Of a DNA stretch of 64,000 nucleotides, positions 1-10,640 are shown one piece after another. The stretch is from Epithemia pelagica (Eukaryota > Protista > Bacillariophyta). The notes beneath the pieces are model-generated. The model was not told where the DNA came from. It worked only from the letters and a program-made list of their open reading frames with translations, and searched no databases. How positions within the stretch are numbered: position 1 is the stretch's first letter; each line of letters opens with the position of its first letter. The stretch covers positions 3,224,001 through 3,288,000 of the forward strand of contig OX337237.1 of assembly GCA_946965045.2 (NCBI GenBank). The letters run 5' to 3'. A program made the position numbers and the translations under genes.

Positions 1-223
1 GACTGTGTCTCCTTGTCGTCTCTCATCATCAGTTATTTTTTTTTGCGAAACGAGATTGTGAGAAAGGGCGCGACTCCAAATTTGAGAATTGTTGCGCGGG
101 CGGCGGGCGCTCGAAAAAATTGCGCACGTACAAGTCTGCCCTTCCTGCACGAGGGCACGAACTTTGCCGCGCCAAAACAATGGTCGTCTGTCATTTATCC
201 GAGATGCAGATGGAGCACACATA

Positions 224-1705
224 CCGTCTGTCCGTCCATCCTGAGCACGACGCCTGGCAGGCACATCGGGGCGGCGGCCTCGCAGGCTCGAAATTCGGAA
301 GAGGTGTTGTGACAAGATCTTTCGAACATTCCGTTGGTTCGGTCAGCGCTCGCTCTCCCCCAAGCCAAGAAGAAAGAAGACAGCACTCCAAATTTTTTGC
401 ATTTCATCGAAGCCACACACACGCACCCCACAAACTGCCAAAAAAAAGATTCTGTTTTCTCTTGTTCCCTTCTTTGGTGCCCAGCAACAAAACATCAAAC
501 AAAGAAGGAGCAGATCATCGAAACACATGATTGACACACATCATCCCCATCTCAGAATCGAAGGATCCAAGGAGAGTTCAAAGTGCTATTAGGTTCGAGG
601 TTTAGCTCTATAAGAGAGTGCTGCTGCTGCTTGTTCCTCTTATTTTTGTGCATTGAATTCGATATATCCAACGACCGCATCCGTCTGTTTGTGCTCATAC
701 TATACACGTGGTGTTCCATTCCATTCACAACGACCGTGACAACGACACCATGCCTGCTACTATCACTACAAGTAACGCCACGGCTGGGGACGAAATTGAA
801 CAATTGACCTTGCAAGCAGATGCCATTTTGGAGACCCTACGATTGGAAACCCACAAATCGAACAACAACCACGACAACATCGAGGACAACAACTTTTCTC
901 CAGACGAAACGACCGCATCCTCTCCTACCGCACGTGCCATTTCCACTACACACCAATGGTTGCAATGGTCCAACCACACACAAGAACAAGAAGAATCCAC
1001 AGCGGCCGTGGTTCCATCCGATTCGCAATCCTTTTCCTCTTCGTACAGCAATCCTCCTATCAATACTAGCGACCAGCCACCAAATGTGGATGAGTTACAG
1101 CAGGAACAAGGAGAAGAACAAGCTTCCTCGTCGTTGTTGTCCTCCTGGTTGGCCCAGACTCGTCGTTCCGATCCTCTCCACCATTCAGAAAGTGACAATG
1201 ATGAGGATGCCATTCCTCCCATGGTGGTCATGGTCGGTGGTGGCTTACTCGGTGCCAATTTGGTGCAACACCAAGAATATTTGCAAGAACAAAAGACTCT
1301 CAAACACCATCAACAAGTGCAATCGCAATTGGCTAGCCAAGCGGCGGCCAAGGCGCGAGCCAATGAGGAACGACGCAAAGAACAAGAACGAAGCGAACGA
1401 CGACGACGACGACGCAGAGCGGCACTCGAACAGGAGCAGAACCACACGATGCAACTCGAGAACCACAAGCCGTTTGCCGTTACATGGTTGGATGTCGCCT
1501 TGCTGAGTGCTACACTGGTGGTTCTAACCAGTGTCGCTTGGCTCGTGTTTGGATCATCTCAACCACAATCATCTTCTTATTCTTCACAAGCACAGCAGCA
1601 AGCCCTCTTGTTGCATCCGGATGGACACATGATTACACCATTGGCCTCGTGGTATCCTCCAAGAAGATTCTAGGACTTTCGGATCCTTGCCGTCTCCGAT
1701 TCGAA
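224..1705 (+). repeat. Copy 1 of a ~1.5 kb inverted segmental duplication (partner 36325-37781)
   Basis: CCGTCTGTCCGTCC at 224 matches the reverse complement of 37768-37781. Similarity continues through the upstream region and CDS to just past the stop codon. Confidence 0.9.
750..1673 (+). CDS. Hypothetical coiled-coil protein with a single C-terminal transmembrane helix (paralog A1)
   Basis: ORF 708..1673, first ATG at 750. It has a Q/E/R-rich coiled-coil and a hydrophobic segment FAVTWLDVALLSATLVVLTSVAWLVFG. The reading frame is conserved in the inverted paralog at 36353-37267. Confidence 0.7.
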   Translation: MPATITTSNATAGDEIEQLTLQADAILETLRLETHKSNNNHDNIEDNNFSPDETTASSPTARAISTTHQWLQWSNHTQEQEESTAAVVPSDSQSFSSSYSNPPINTSDQPPNVDELQQEQGEEQASSSLLSSWLAQTRRSDPLHHSESDNDEDAIPPMVVMVGGGLLGANLVQHQEYLQEQKTLKHHQQVQSQLASQAAAKARANEERRKEQERSERRRRRRRAALEQEQNHTMQLENHKPFAVTWLDVALLSATLVVLTSVAWLVFGSSQPQSSSYSSQAQQQALLLHPDGHMITPLASWYPPRRF

Positions 1706-2709
1706 CCACACACACATGTACACGATCATGTTGCTGCTGGACGAGGTATTCCCTGCGGTGGCACAGTTGGCTACCGTGTCGAACGAGTTGCGCGCACGGC
1801 ACCCACACGAGAATGAACCAAAGGCCGGGTGCCAATACTCGTTGTGTGGTTCCGCAACTCGTGGTGGTGGTCGTTCCGTCACTCGTGGACCGAGACTGTC
1901 TGTGGCACATGCCGCAACAACCAGAAACGATTGCATAAAACAGAGCCACACAAGAACGGAAAGAGCTACATTGACTGCCCAGGAAAAGACTTGGGGCCAC
2001 CGAACCGCGACCTAGAATCGTTGTCCTCCTCCATTGCGCCGAATATCATGGTATCGTAGACTACACAGCTTCGTCTGGCTTGGGTCCACCGAACCGCGAC
2101 TGATAATCGACTCCCATCCTGATTACGCTCCATCGGTTGAGGGATACAGTTAAATATATGGTATACTATATTGTACATTATCGAAACGATGAGTAGGATA
2201 CGCAACTTCAACGTTGCGTGGAAATGCGTGGCGCTTGTCATGAATACAAGAAAATTGGAGACATCATCCTCATCTTTCTCATCCTCACACACACACGAGG
2301 TCCATGTCAGAGCGAGAGCATCCGATCTCTCCACCGTCATCTGCCTTGGTTCTCACTTGTCACTTACCTTCTCAACGCATCAAGAGCATCATCAGTAGTG
2401 AGAGTCATCGATCACCATCACCAACCAAGACAACGGACAGCCGCAATCGTGTCACGTCACAAACACCAGTGTGCATACCCACGATTAAGGATAGTTGTGG
2501 TGATTGTCATTTCTTTTTGGACAATCCAAACAAGACAAAACGATCGAGTTTCCGGAGAATCTGTTGCTCCCTCTCCAACAATATCAACAACAACAACAAC
2601 CTTCCGCTAGAACAACGACGAGACACACGTCTTGAGAGATTCTCTCCAACAACAAACAAGCCAAGAATCCATCCAAGAAGAATCCAAAGGTTCCCTTTCA
2701 TCTCGTGTC

Positions 2710-3663
2710 ATGGTGAATTCTGTTTTGGTTTGGACGATGCTGCTCTTGCTTGTCGTGTCACCCAGTCACGCCTGGCAGATATCGACACCACGAACCACTA
2801 CGACCAGTCCGTTCCACCATCCTGTTCGTCGTCGCCACTCCATGGCGGTCTTGTCCATGACACAGACGGAACGTTCGTCGTCTTCCCTGTTGCAACGGTT
2901 TCAATCCAGTGTCCAGGGGGCCATTCGCTTTGGCGTGGCCCAACGAGCCTTGCCCAATGGCACCTTGGTGCCTCGACCGCCGCAAGTCCAAAAACCACCG
3001 GCCTACTTGTTGCAACCCTTGACCTGGGTCGATCGATCCATTCATCAACGCGATTATGGAGGAGAAGTGCCAACATCAGCTGCACGGCAACGACGACCAG
3101 CACCACCACCACAAGAACAACTCGAACAAGAACAAGACCAAGACGAACAACAACTGGTGGAGGAGGAACCCGAGCGACCAGAACAAGAAGAAGAAGAAGA
3201 ACCAGAACAAGATTCAGCCGATGCTGGTACGTGGGACATTTTCCCCACCTACAAGACAACGAGAGCGACAAGGATGGAACCCACTCCAACCGTCACGGCA
3301 AACGACGACCGGATCGACGCAATCACACCAACGACTCCAGTGTTGGAGGTGGAAATGGCAACCACCACCACTACCACAGATCCTTCCATTGTGGTCAACG
3401 ACGATACCACAAGGACGACGACTGTATCCTCCCGAGCAACAACGGACGTACCACCGCCGCAGAACCACAACAACAAGGACCAGACGAGGAGCGAGATGGA
3501 GGACGACAGCCCAGACCACAAGATGAATGATGATGATGACGATGGCATGGTCGAGGCCACACAGAAAAAGGACGACGCCACGTCGTCTCGCGAGTTGGTG
3601 GGTGCTGGAACAGCAGTCAACGACCCAACAACGGTACCCTTTTTTCTACAGCAAACACGCTAG
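2710..3663 (+). CDS. Hypothetical protein with a probable bipartite (signal + transit peptide) plastid-targeting presequence
   Basis: ATG at 2710 is in frame with ORF 2632..3663. The N-terminus MVNSVLVWTMLLLLVVSPSHA|WQ is followed by an S/T/R-rich, acid-poor stretch. The body is acidic and low-complexity. Confidence 0.6.
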   Translation: MVNSVLVWTMLLLLVVSPSHAWQISTPRTTTTSPFHHPVRRRHSMAVLSMTQTERSSSSLLQRFQSSVQGAIRFGVAQRALPNGTLVPRPPQVQKPPAYLLQPLTWVDRSIHQRDYGGEVPTSAARQRRPAPPPQEQLEQEQDQDEQQLVEEEPERPEQEEEEEPEQDSADAGTWDIFPTYKTTRATRMEPTPTVTANDDRIDAITPTTPVLEVEMATTTTTTDPSIVVNDDTTRTTTVSSRATTDVPPPQNHNNKDQTRSEMEDDSPDHKMNDDDDDGMVEATQKKDDATSSRELVGAGTAVNDPTTVPFFLQQTR

Positions 3664-4446
3664 ACGTGAACACGAAATTACGTTCGACACACCTAAAACA
3701 TTCATTTATTCATTCATAAAATCCAAGAAGAGTCGACGACGACAAGGACCAACAGTACAAGATACAAGGTGTCAAGACTCGGAGATGGGACGGCGACAGA
3801 CCCCCTGACAACAACCACAACAACAACAACAAAAGACACTAGTACGGAGAGTCTTCAGCGCAGAGGTATGTGATGGTATCTCTCCTGTCGACCAATTTTT
3901 AGTAGACGGGCGACGACACCCACAATGCCTGCCTGGATGAGCCCTCTGCACGACCTTGATTCGTGATCGTACAGAACTAGTGTGTGACAGATCCGGGATG
4001 GATCGTCCCCGAAATGACAGTGTCAGGAGGATGGTGAGGGTGCGGAAGTGCGCTCCTCTTGGACGACGCTGAAACGAGTTCCACCAAAAGACACATGGCA
4101 CGGATGAAATGGTGAATGTGGACTTATCCAAAATTATTGTGCATCATCTAATACTACTAATAATAGAACTATAATCAAAAGACCACCAGTCTCCTACGAA
4201 AACGATTTCGCGGAACCGTTTTGCGACTAGGTAGGCACTACGAACATGACATGGCATTCATACTTTGCGAGTCAGTCGTCCGACACTTTTGAGATAGAGG
4301 GTCCCCACCCTCTTGGATAGCAGCATCCGGACACAATGACAACCGGTAACATGGGTACACACTAGTCATTTCGTGTGTTTCGTTCCCTCCCGATCCATGC
4401 ATTCCCGCTTAGGAACCATGGTTCGTTATTGTCAACGACGGAAGAA

Positions 4447-4449
4447 ACG

Positions 4450-4496
<47 letters not shown>

Positions 4497-4497
4497 C
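4447..4497. repeat. (ACA)n trinucleotide microsatellite
   Basis: Uninterrupted run of aca units. Confidence 0.95.
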
Positions 4498-4639
4498 GCG
4501 GTCTTTTTGGAATGTGCATGATGAATGTGTTGTTCTTGGGACGTGGACACATGTACGCACAAATGTCTTGCCGGGAGAACAATGGGGTATGTTAATAGCG
4601 TCCAATGACATTCCAGCGAGACAACATGTGTGTATTCTT

Positions 4640-6295
4640 TCAATTGAAGCCACGGTTCCAGGCCAGTTCCAATTCCTCCAGCAATACCGCATTGGTTCGT
4701 TTCAAAGTGGTGGTTGTTGTTGTGGTGGAAGTCACATTGATGGGATGATGCTGGTGGTTGGTATGAGAGACGAGCTTGAGCTTGGACGTTTGTGGTGATT
4801 GTGGGCGGCTCTTCTTGTTGTTGGAAGTCAAAGAAGGAGCATGATACCAAACGGATCGATCACAGGCCGATGGGACGACCCCGGCCACGGTATGAGGCTG
4901 CGGTCCCCGGTGTCCATTGGTATATTGCCACAGTGTATAATGCGACCATCCCGGTGGAATGGTGGGTTGGGTCGACTTTGTGGTCGTCCATTCGGCCCAC
5001 CAGAGGGGACACTGGTTCAGAATGGCATCGCCGCCACTTTGTTTCATGGAATCGCGCAACAATTTACCGCCATACAAGACGGGCCATTTCCCCGTGCGAC
5101 GATGAATGCCTTGACAAAAGGCACGGGCTTGCGGTAGGGTCATTTGGGTTCCGTGTGGATTTTCTTCCCAATCCAACACGAGCAGGGTCGTGTTATGGAC
5201 TGTGGGTTGCACGACGGACATAAAGTAGTTCAATTGTTTCGTCACATTGGTACCCGTGCCAAAATGATAGGCGCCCCACAACAAGCCAGCCGCCATGGCT
5301 TGTTTGCGCCGCTTATGATAGGTCGGATCGGTATAGCCGTAGCCTTCGGTACTCTTGGCAATCACGGCTCGAATCGTGCCGTGTCGGGCCAAGGTGGGAA
5401 AATCCACATGGGTTTGATAGTGCGAAATATCCAAGACCACATTCCACGTATTGACAGGAGGAAAGGAAGAGGATTGGCGGTTCTTGTTGCTCGAGGAGGA
5501 AAATGGCACGATGGCGTTGGGGGAGGATGGCAAGTGCCATCCCATCCACAGGGCCTGGGTCCACGTGTCAAGCCCCACAATGCCGTCCATGGGTGCCAGG
5601 CCGTGACGGTCTTGAAAGGCTCGCGTGGCTCGTTCCGTGCGAGGTCCAAACCACCCATCGACGCGCAAGAATTCGTCGTTGTTGTCGTCAAGTTGTTTCA
5701 AAAAGGCTTGCCAGGCGGCGACATCGGGCCCCTGACTCTGACCGCGATACGAGATCAAGAGGGTGACCAATCCATAATACTCGTAGGCCACCCGTAGGGT
5801 TTGGGGACCGACAATCCCATCCACCACCAATTGTCTGCCATGTTTGGATTGAAAGGCGCGCGTCGCCTGTTCCGTCTGCGGACCAAAGTCTCCATCGATG
5901 CGACCCACGACCGTCAGTTGTACCACGTCTCGCAAAAAGCCTTGCCACACGCGCACATACCAGGCATGACAGGCATTCTTCACCGGATGGTTGTGGGACG
6001 GTTGTCTGGACTGGGGTTGCAAAAATCCCATGGATTGGGCTTGCATCAAGGTGGGCGGATCGACCAGGCCCGAGGGTTGCACGAGTTGCGCAAAGCTAGT
6101 GTGATTGTTCCACCGTTGAACATGACCATTTTGATAGGCGGGAACGAACCGTCGTTGAAAGGCTTGCGTGGCGTCCCGCGTTTGAGGGCCAAACACACCA
6201 TCCACATTTACTACTTTGTAGTGTTGGTGTTGCTGCAAAAAGCATTGCCAGGCTTGCACGTCCGGGCCGGAACGACCGAGGCGCAACGGAGGCAT
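4640..6295 (-). CDS. Modular muramidase: three PG_binding_1-type domains plus a GH25 lysozyme catalytic domain
   Basis: 551-aa intronless ORF with three repeats of the pattern 'GPDV..WQ.FL...VDG.FGP.T..AT.AFQ...L..DG.VG..T'. These are followed by GH25 motifs VVLDISHYQ, KSTEG, GAYHF, LVLDWE, VLY, LWWAEW and WQYT. Confidence 0.92.
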   Translation of the reverse strand: MPPLRLGRSGPDVQAWQCFLQQHQHYKVVNVDGVFGPQTRDATQAFQRRFVPAYQNGHVQRWNNHTSFAQLVQPSGLVDPPTLMQAQSMGFLQPQSRQPSHNHPVKNACHAWYVRVWQGFLRDVVQLTVVGRIDGDFGPQTEQATRAFQSKHGRQLVVDGIVGPQTLRVAYEYYGLVTLLISYRGQSQGPDVAAWQAFLKQLDDNNDEFLRVDGWFGPRTERATRAFQDRHGLAPMDGIVGLDTWTQALWMGWHLPSSPNAIVPFSSSSNKNRQSSSFPPVNTWNVVLDISHYQTHVDFPTLARHGTIRAVIAKSTEGYGYTDPTYHKRRKQAMAAGLLWGAYHFGTGTNVTKQLNYFMSVVQPTVHNTTLLVLDWEENPHGTQMTLPQARAFCQGIHRRTGKWPVLYGGKLLRDSMKQSGGDAILNQCPLWWAEWTTTKSTQPTIPPGWSHYTLWQYTNGHRGPQPHTVAGVVPSACDRSVWYHAPSLTSNNKKSRPQSPQTSKLKLVSHTNHQHHPINVTSTTTTTTTLKRTNAVLLEELELAWNRGFN

Positions 6296-6590
6296 TCTTG
6301 ATTGTTGGTTGATGGACTAATAGGTAGTTGGAATCGAGGCAAGTAGGCACGGTCGATCAACTTTGGCTCCGAAAATAATAGGGGTATGTGCAATCGGGTG
6401 AGCTGACAAAGAATCAGAGGCAACGAAGGAGCAATCCAGAGGCTTGCTGGAGCTCGTTTGATTTGTCTTGGTTTTGTTGTTGTTTGGTAGAACGGTTTGT
6501 GTTTCTTCGCTTGGGGATCGAACGGCGCTTGGATTTCCTGCTGGCTTGTCTGTTTCGTGGTTTGTTCCTCGAGTGCACTACGAGTTTTCG

Positions 6591-6714
6591 ACAATGCCTG
6601 GACTGCGAAATCTCCAGTCTCTCTCTCTCTCTCTCTCTCTCAGTGCGGTTGATTTGCTTGTTTGTTGCGGCAAATTTCCAAACTACAACACAATGCCTGG
6701 ACTGCGAAATCTCC
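6591..6714. repeat. Exact 25-bp direct repeat (ACAATGCCTGGACTGCGAAATCTCC) flanking a (CT)n microsatellite
   Basis: Copies at 6591-6615 and 6690-6714, in the intergenic region upstream of the GH25 gene. Confidence 0.9.
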
Positions 6715-7700
6715 TTTCCAAAAGGATGATACTCGTAGGATGTTGTTGTTGTTCGACACAAAAGAGTCCTCTTCTTGTAGGATGCTGCTGCTACTGGGCA
6801 CATTCGTCACACACAGACAGAGCCATCACATTATATTTCTTTGTTTGTCGCTGTTGTGTCATGGTCTTGGACCGTCGCCATTCGGAACAAAAATCTTGTC
6901 GGCAGAACGCCCCGCCAACTGGCCCGGCAGATGTTCGTCTGTTATCTGTCCGACGACCGTTCACGATTCGGGATTCGGGATTCGGGACTGGGTCGACCGC
7001 GCATTCAACTCGCGCAAACGAATTGAATCGGCCGCCACGTTCCGTTGAAGCGCCGGGCAACCAGGGTCCCACCAGTCGTTGCTCTATGTGCTTCATTTTT
7101 TGGAGTTTGCAACGACGAGCCACATGCAACAAACACAAAGTTGCCTTCTCTGATACGGCATTCTCTCTTCTTCTCGCTATCACTTTTTCAGCTCTGTCTC
7201 TTCGGTTGGTTGGTTCTTCTGGTTTTTCCAACAACAACAAGCCATATTCCAAAAAACAGTCATTCTCGTCCTTCCGGTGATGCTGCTGCATCCGAGTTCG
7301 AATCCCACAATTCCAACGGAACACGCGGATCGGTAAAAAGTTTGCCTCCTCACGAGAAAGACTAGGGGGCACACCAGTTTGTGAAATTGTGCGTGTGCTG
7401 CAAACTACATTGCTTCTCTTTTGGGGGGTTTGTCCACCAAGAGTTGAGACCAAACAACAAGAACAACCACAAGTCGCTCTATACGTGTGTTTCTCTTGGA
7501 GCGTACGGTCGGTGGTTTCTTGCAGCTACAACAACAAACAACAAGACTATCCTTGGGGGTGTGTGTGTTGTTCCTCCAGGAGAGACTTGAGAAGAAGAAA
7601 ACAACCCAACGAATCAACACCAACAACAACAACAACGAACACAATATTTCCAAGCGAGCAAGCCACAGCAAAAAAAGAACTTGCAAGCAACCAAGCAACC

Positions 7701-9266
7701 ATGGCGGCAGAAACCAGCACTGCGTCCCGAACGGCATGGCCGTATCGATCCAGTCTCTTGCTGCGTCCTTGCAGCAACTCCCAACGACGATCCAAATCAT
7801 CATCCTTGTCCAAAACAGAAGCCACTCCACAACCACAACCACAACAAGCAACCACACTTGTTTCGAAAAAGGCAGCCGCCCTCTTGGCGTGTCCGATTCG
7901 TCCCAAACGACTCCTGCTACGGCAACAACCACGCAGCAAAACTGCTGGTGATGATGAGGAGGAGGTCAGGGCTCCTTCCCCCACCACCACCACCACAACC
8001 ACGAAAGAGCCACCGACCACCACCCGAACCAGACGAACCATTCTTCGGAACGGAGCGACATGCATGCAATCATCCTCCCACCGGATCGACCGTACGGCAC
8101 CTCCCATCCAACAACAGAGCAGCAACACTGGAATACCATCCACTTCTTGTTTGGTGGAACCATCCCAACAAAAAAAGAAGAAAAAGACGCTCACCTTTGC
8201 CCTCGATGAGTCTACCAAGAATCATGACACGGAGGATGATGCAAACGAACGACACTTGATACATCGTTTGTCGCAATTGCAATTGGAAACCCGTCACGAA
8301 CAAGCCCAATTGCGACATTTGGTCCATCAACTCAAGCAACAGCCGCCATCCAGTAGTGGTATTTCCAATCGACCCCCGAAGCATCGTCCCTATCCCTGGT
8401 CCTATTCGGGAAACGACCATCCTCACAATCATCATCACAATCATGTGGACGATACCAATCAAACCATGGTGACGCATTCCACCTCGGCCTCGACCGCCTC
8501 GGGCTTTACCCTGTCCACCACGGCCTCGTCCTTTGTCGTGGCCACCTATCAAGTCTTGACGGGCGATTGTGGTTGGTTCGGGTCGTCGTCCAAACCAACA
8601 ACTGCGGCGGGTGGCAGCACACCGTGGTGTTGTGGCACTGCTAGCAGTAGTCGGTGGTGTACCCTCTGTCCCGACGGAACCTGGGCTCAACAAGAACGAC
8701 GGAATGCCCGCAAACTCAAACGACGACGCGGTGGAGGACGACCTCGACCCTCGGCATCGCCCCCACCACCACCGGTCAAAAGCCTGTGGCACTCGCAACC
8801 CCCCACATCGTTTGTGCACATTCCCAGCACTACTTCGGAACAACCACAACTGTCATTATCCTCTCCATTGTCGTCTCCCCTTGCGTGTACTCCAACGTCG
8901 TCTTCTTCTCCGTCTCATCACTATCATGCGCAAGACCGGACCGTTCCACTCTTGGGATTGGAAGAAGAACAAAGCATGGCCCAGTCGGAATTGTCCACCT
9001 TTTTTGCCTTTGGCACTACTACTACTGGTAGAAATAATCCGCAGCAGAACCAAAAGAATCGTGGGGTGGTTTCATCATCACCACAAAATACTAAGGGCCG
9101 TCCCCTCTTTACCGGCACCAGCTACGCCAAGCACACTGGGAAAACCAACGACACGGACGACGACGACGAGGATTCCGATCCTCATGCCTTGTGGGCCGTC
9201 ATGGCACGACGCCAACGACGATTGGAACAACAACGACGACAGGCACAACGACAAGCACAATCCTAG
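7701..9266 (+). CDS. Hypothetical low-complexity (S/T/P/Q/R-rich) protein
   Basis: Long ORF 7389..9266 with a plausible ATG at 7701 (MAAETSTAS). No recognisable domain; short coiled-coil segments. Confidence 0.6.
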   Translation: MAAETSTASRTAWPYRSSLLLRPCSNSQRRSKSSSLSKTEATPQPQPQQATTLVSKKAAALLACPIRPKRLLLRQQPRSKTAGDDEEEVRAPSPTTTTTTTKEPPTTTRTRRTILRNGATCMQSSSHRIDRTAPPIQQQSSNTGIPSTSCLVEPSQQKKKKKTLTFALDESTKNHDTEDDANERHLIHRLSQLQLETRHEQAQLRHLVHQLKQQPPSSSGISNRPPKHRPYPWSYSGNDHPHNHHHNHVDDTNQTMVTHSTSASTASGFTLSTTASSFVVATYQVLTGDCGWFGSSSKPTTAAGGSTPWCCGTASSSRWCTLCPDGTWAQQERRNARKLKRRRGGGRPRPSASPPPPPVKSLWHSQPPTSFVHIPSTTSEQPQLSLSSPLSSPLACTPTSSSSPSHHYHAQDRTVPLLGLEEEQSMAQSELSTFFAFGTTTTGRNNPQQNQKNRGVVSSSPQNTKGRPLFTGTSYAKHTGKTNDTDDDDEDSDPHALWAVMARRQRRLEQQRRQAQRQAQS

Positions 9267-9647
9267 AGAAGAAGAGAATACGGCACTGTACAAAGCTTTT
9301 TCTTCTTTCTCTTTGTTAAAATAGCTACAATCACACACAAACACACGCAAACAATGGAGTGGAACAAGAATCGTACCATTCGTGGGGCTGGTAACACAAG
9401 TTTCCATGGGTTGCTAGTAGTGTTGTTTGGTGTACAATCTCTCCTTCCTCTCTCGCTCTGGTATGTGTGTGTGTGCTCCATCTTGGTGCGGTGGTCCTGT
9501 TTGGCTCCATGTCGTTTTTTTTTGGAGGGACCCCCCAAATCCATTCTATCTTGTGTGCATTCCTCCTCCTCTTCCTCATTGACGAGGAACGCAAAACTCC
9601 ATTCGTTCCTTGCCTGTGCACACGGCCAACTTGTGCGTGGTTCCTCC

Positions 9648-10544
9648 TTACAAACTGGTACTCGTATAGACGGCCGCAAAATACCCCAAGGTCACCAGTA
9701 GGACCACAACACTGCCGGTAGTAGTGTGGAACATGTCGTGGGGACCGGCGGGGACCAATTCTTGGACCATGTCGTGCCAGGACTGCCACAGTCGAGACGC
9801 AAGAGTGGAATGATCCTTGTGGTCGTTATTGTTGTCGTCGTTGTGGTTGTCGTCGACCAAAACGAGGGGAAGGAGCCATCGTACCAGCAAGGCTCCCAAG
9901 GTCATGGTGGCCACAAGTTGGGTCCATGTCACGGACTGGAACGAAACCAAAGAATATCCGTTGGAGGACGAACCGACCAGGAGGCACACCAACAAGACCA
10001 AGAATACCATTCCACAGACGGCCAGAATCCGTAGTGACTTGTTCGTTGGTTGGTTGGCCTGCTTGGTGTTGTCCGTGCCAGTTGTGTCGTTGTCATTGGA
10101 ATAATACACGAGTTGGACTTGCGCTATTAGTGATTGCATCCAGGACGCTCGTTGCAAATGTTCGGGACGCAAGGCAATGGGTGGATTGCTGCTGGTGGGT
10201 TTCGTTGTCTTGTCAACGTTTTTATCGTCGTTCTTGTCCTTGTCGTTGTCGACCGGAAGTGGCTTGGTCAATTGGACCCAATACCGTCCGGTCGGCATGT
10301 GATAGTCGACAATCCAGGCCAATTGACCATTCAAGACACCCTTGCGACTCGTCGTGCCCTGAATTTGGACAAGGACAATGTTGCGTTGCGCATGGTTGGA
10401 CGACGAGGACGACGACGAGTACAGCGGGGGTAACCAGTGATGCGGATCGCGATACTCGTACTCCGTCTTGTTGGACGTCTGGCAATTCTCTTTGTGCTGC
10501 TTTTGGTCCTCCTCGGCCAAAAAGTCAACGGATGGAAAGGTCAT
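9648..10544 (-). CDS. Hypothetical membrane protein with an N-terminal small beta-rich (SH3-like) module and about 3 TM helices
   Basis: 298-aa ORF. VLVQIQG...LNGQLAWIVDY...GRYWVQL...IALRPEHL matches a module I recall as recurrent in stramenopile proteins. Hydrophobic segments follow. Confidence 0.65.
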   Translation of the reverse strand: MTFPSVDFLAEEDQKQHKENCQTSNKTEYEYRDPHHWLPPLYSSSSSSSNHAQRNIVLVQIQGTTSRKGVLNGQLAWIVDYHMPTGRYWVQLTKPLPVDNDKDKNDDKNVDKTTKPTSSNPPIALRPEHLQRASWMQSLIAQVQLVYYSNDNDTTGTDNTKQANQPTNKSLRILAVCGMVFLVLLVCLLVGSSSNGYSLVSFQSVTWTQLVATMTLGALLVRWLLPLVLVDDNHNDDNNNDHKDHSTLASRLWQSWHDMVQELVPAGPHDMFHTTTGSVVVLLVTLGYFAAVYTSTSL

Positions 10545-10640
10545 GGTGGTGATGGTCCAACACTATACACTGCAGAACACACACACACTTTCACCCTCTT
10601 GCTTGTTGGTTTGGTTACCCCCTAACTTATCACCGGAACA

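Noticed and set aside
2304-3530. Long alternative-frame ORFs overlapping real genes (e.g. 2304..3530, 47740..48723, 48861..49907, 51429..52121)
   Set aside because: Trinucleotide-rich, stop-poor sequence keeps several frames open. The overlapping frame with an ATG and family motifs is the better call.
4640-6295. Bacterial contamination as the source of the GH25 gene
   Set aside because: It is contiguous with eukaryotic-type genes and microsatellites, has a host-style low-complexity tail, and has no operon context. Read-level confirmation is still needed.
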